Position numbers and translations under genes: made by a program. DNA of 63,771 nucleotides, filler included, from Lama guanicoe (lineage: Eukaryota), in NCBI GenBank assembly GCA_013239625.1. It is 161 parts of 161 records of this genome, joined end to end, with 100 filler letters (N's around TTAATTAATTAA, not from the genome) between each part and the next. Parts side by side here need not be neighbours in the genome. Positions count along the whole stretch, not along the records: positions 61,882 to 62,179 come from PNXV01054208.1; positions 62,280 to 62,577 come from PNXV01054209.1; positions 62,678 to 62,975 come from PNXV01054210.1; positions 63,076 to 63,373 come from PNXV01054211.1; positions 63,474 to 63,771 come from PNXV01054212.1; 156 more parts are not named here. The stretch is one strand, 5' to 3'. Positions 62,158-63,771 of this stretch are shown here, one piece after another (the first letter of the stretch is position 1; every line of letters starts with the position of its first letter). Under the pieces are notes generated by a model. That model saw only the letters and a program-made list of their open reading frames with translations. It did no database searches and was not told where the DNA came from.

Positions 62158-63771
62158 GATGTCTCGGGGCTGCTGGACCNNNNNNNNNNNNNNNNNNNNN
62201 NNNNNNNNNNNNNNNNNNNNNNNTTAATTAATTAANNNNNNNNNNNNNNNNNNNNNNNNNNNNNNNNNNNNNNNNNNNNTATAGGAACATACATGTATTT
62301 GTTTTTATATTTTTTCACCCTAAGTTACTACAAGATACTGAATAAAGTTCTCTGCTGTATAGTATAAACTTGTTGCTTTCCCAAAATTTAGATAGTCTCC
62401 TCTTAACACGGATCAGAATTCAGCCTGACTCTAGGGGACCTCTGTGCTGCCCCCTCCTCCCAGGGGTGCGGCACTGCCAAATCTAGCTGTCTTGGCCTCC
62501 GTGAATGTTGATCTCTACCCCTCAACTCTGTGACTGCTGTCCTCTGAGTTTCCCCTTCTCTGTGCTGTGGCTTGGAANNNNNNNNNNNNNNNNNNNNNNN
62601 NNNNNNNNNNNNNNNNNNNNNTTAATTAATTAANNNNNNNNNNNNNNNNNNNNNNNNNNNNNNNNNNNNNNNNNNNNTTGCCTTTGGAACCTGCAAAATA
62701 AGCTACTGAATATCCCCAGTGGTGGTCTGTAACTAGGGTGACCATAACCAGAACATTTTAGAGAATGAAACAGGGTGGGTACTAATTATTACGCTGAGAA
62801 ATCAGGTGAAAACCGAGACATTGTGGTTACCCTCCAAGTCTTTCAAGGCTGCATTTGTTTTCTGGAAATACGAAAAGTCACTTCACCAAATCAGAATGAC
62901 TAAGATATATCAAAATTGGAAAAACTATCTTGAACCAAAATAAAATTAATTACAAGGCAAAGAGATCAATTTTCANNNNNNNNNNNNNNNNNNNNNNNNN
63001 NNNNNNNNNNNNNNNNNNNTTAATTAATTAANNNNNNNNNNNNNNNNNNNNNNNNNNNNNNNNNNNNNNNNNNNNCACTCCCCCTAATTAAACATACTTT
63101 TAAAGCTAGAAATTTTTCAGGCGGGCAATCAGGTCCTCTTCTTGTACCAGTTGCTGTGGTGCTGGGATTATCTGGTCTGAGCTCCAGATCCTGATCCTTC
63201 TGGTGGCTTATGGTGATACCCGTGTGAACATGTTTCTCCTTGTGCATCTGTGTGGAAAGGGGACAGCCCTGTTCCCAGATGGGACAGTTTCATGCTGACG
63301 CTCAAAGCAAGCACAAAAAAGAATCACAGAGTCCCCAGTACCAGCTCTCCCAGGTAGAAACGCCACCTCCATCNNNNNNNNNNNNNNNNNNNNNNNNNNN
63401 NNNNNNNNNNNNNNNNNTTAATTAATTAANNNNNNNNNNNNNNNNNNNNNNNNNNNNNNNNNNNNNNNNNNNNCTAAATCTTAAGCAAAATGCCTCATGA
63501 GGCTAATGCTAACTCATAACTATGCAGGGAACAGAAAAATGATGTAAAATAGCTCTAGTCTCGCTAAATTGACATGATATAAACCCACCACGTACAATGT
63601 CTATTGTTGCACATGTGGACTATGAAGAATCATAAGGGAAATTCATATAAAAGTCAGAATAAGGGTTATGTGTGGAAAGCAGGAGGATGGTGTGATTTAA
63701 ACAGGGTAAATAAAGGAGATTCTGAAGTGGATAGCAAAATTCTGTCTTGAATTAAGTTGTCATTACAAAGT

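Larger units (their letters stand above)
296..63473. other. Artificial contig linkers: about 160 copies of the 100-nt spacer N44-TTAATTAATTAA-N44 (first copy 296-395, core 340-351)
   Basis: The same spacer recurs every ~396-398 nt. Its palindromic core gives TAA in all six frames, and the flanking sequences are unrelated to each other. Confidence 0.99.

Noticed and set aside
60292..62179. Apparent clustering of PHF3 and WDR35, or any multi-gene system in the window
   Set aside because: Contigs are ordered by length, so proximity is not genomic linkage.
63076..63373. Possible ERV polypurine tract and LTR start on the minus strand (attagggggagtg)
   Set aside because: Too short and at the contig edge; no env or pol similarity recognised.
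51..63425. Many 60-110 aa ORFs ending in X...LIN or X...N
   Set aside because: They run through the N spacer and stop in the linker; most are chance frames or antisense to repeats.
296..63473. Regularly spaced TTAATTAATTAA (PacI-containing) motif suggesting a CRISPR-like or other biological array
   Set aside because: It always sits inside N44 padding, so it is a synthetic six-frame-stop linker.

Overview
This window is not a contiguous locus. It is an artificial concatenation of about 161 short, unrelated contigs (mostly 296, then 297, then 298 bp, i.e. size-sorted), joined by a constant 100-nt linker N44-TTAATTAATTAA-N44 that has stop codons in all six frames. The content is mammalian, and three Vic-1-type tRNA-derived SINEs point to a camelid, plausibly alpaca. 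Most contigs are intronic or intergenic DNA and repeat fragments (LINE-1, L2, MIR, MaLR/ERV1 LTRs, hAT DNA transposons, satellites). Four gene fragments are recognisable: ADAMTS2 exon 1, the 3' part of NKX2-4 exon 1, the first coding exon of PHF3, and WDR35 exon 1 with a promoter carrying an RFX X-box. Also present are a U6-L1 chimeric retrocopy, a frameshifted ERV1 gag matrix region, two satellite families (a 267-bp unit and ~245-254-bp units) and two pairs of reverse-complement bubble contigs whose ends are identical for exactly 49 nt. No multi-gene system can be supported because neighbouring contigs are not genomic neighbours. All gene and repeat names come from recall of sequences, not from database searches.
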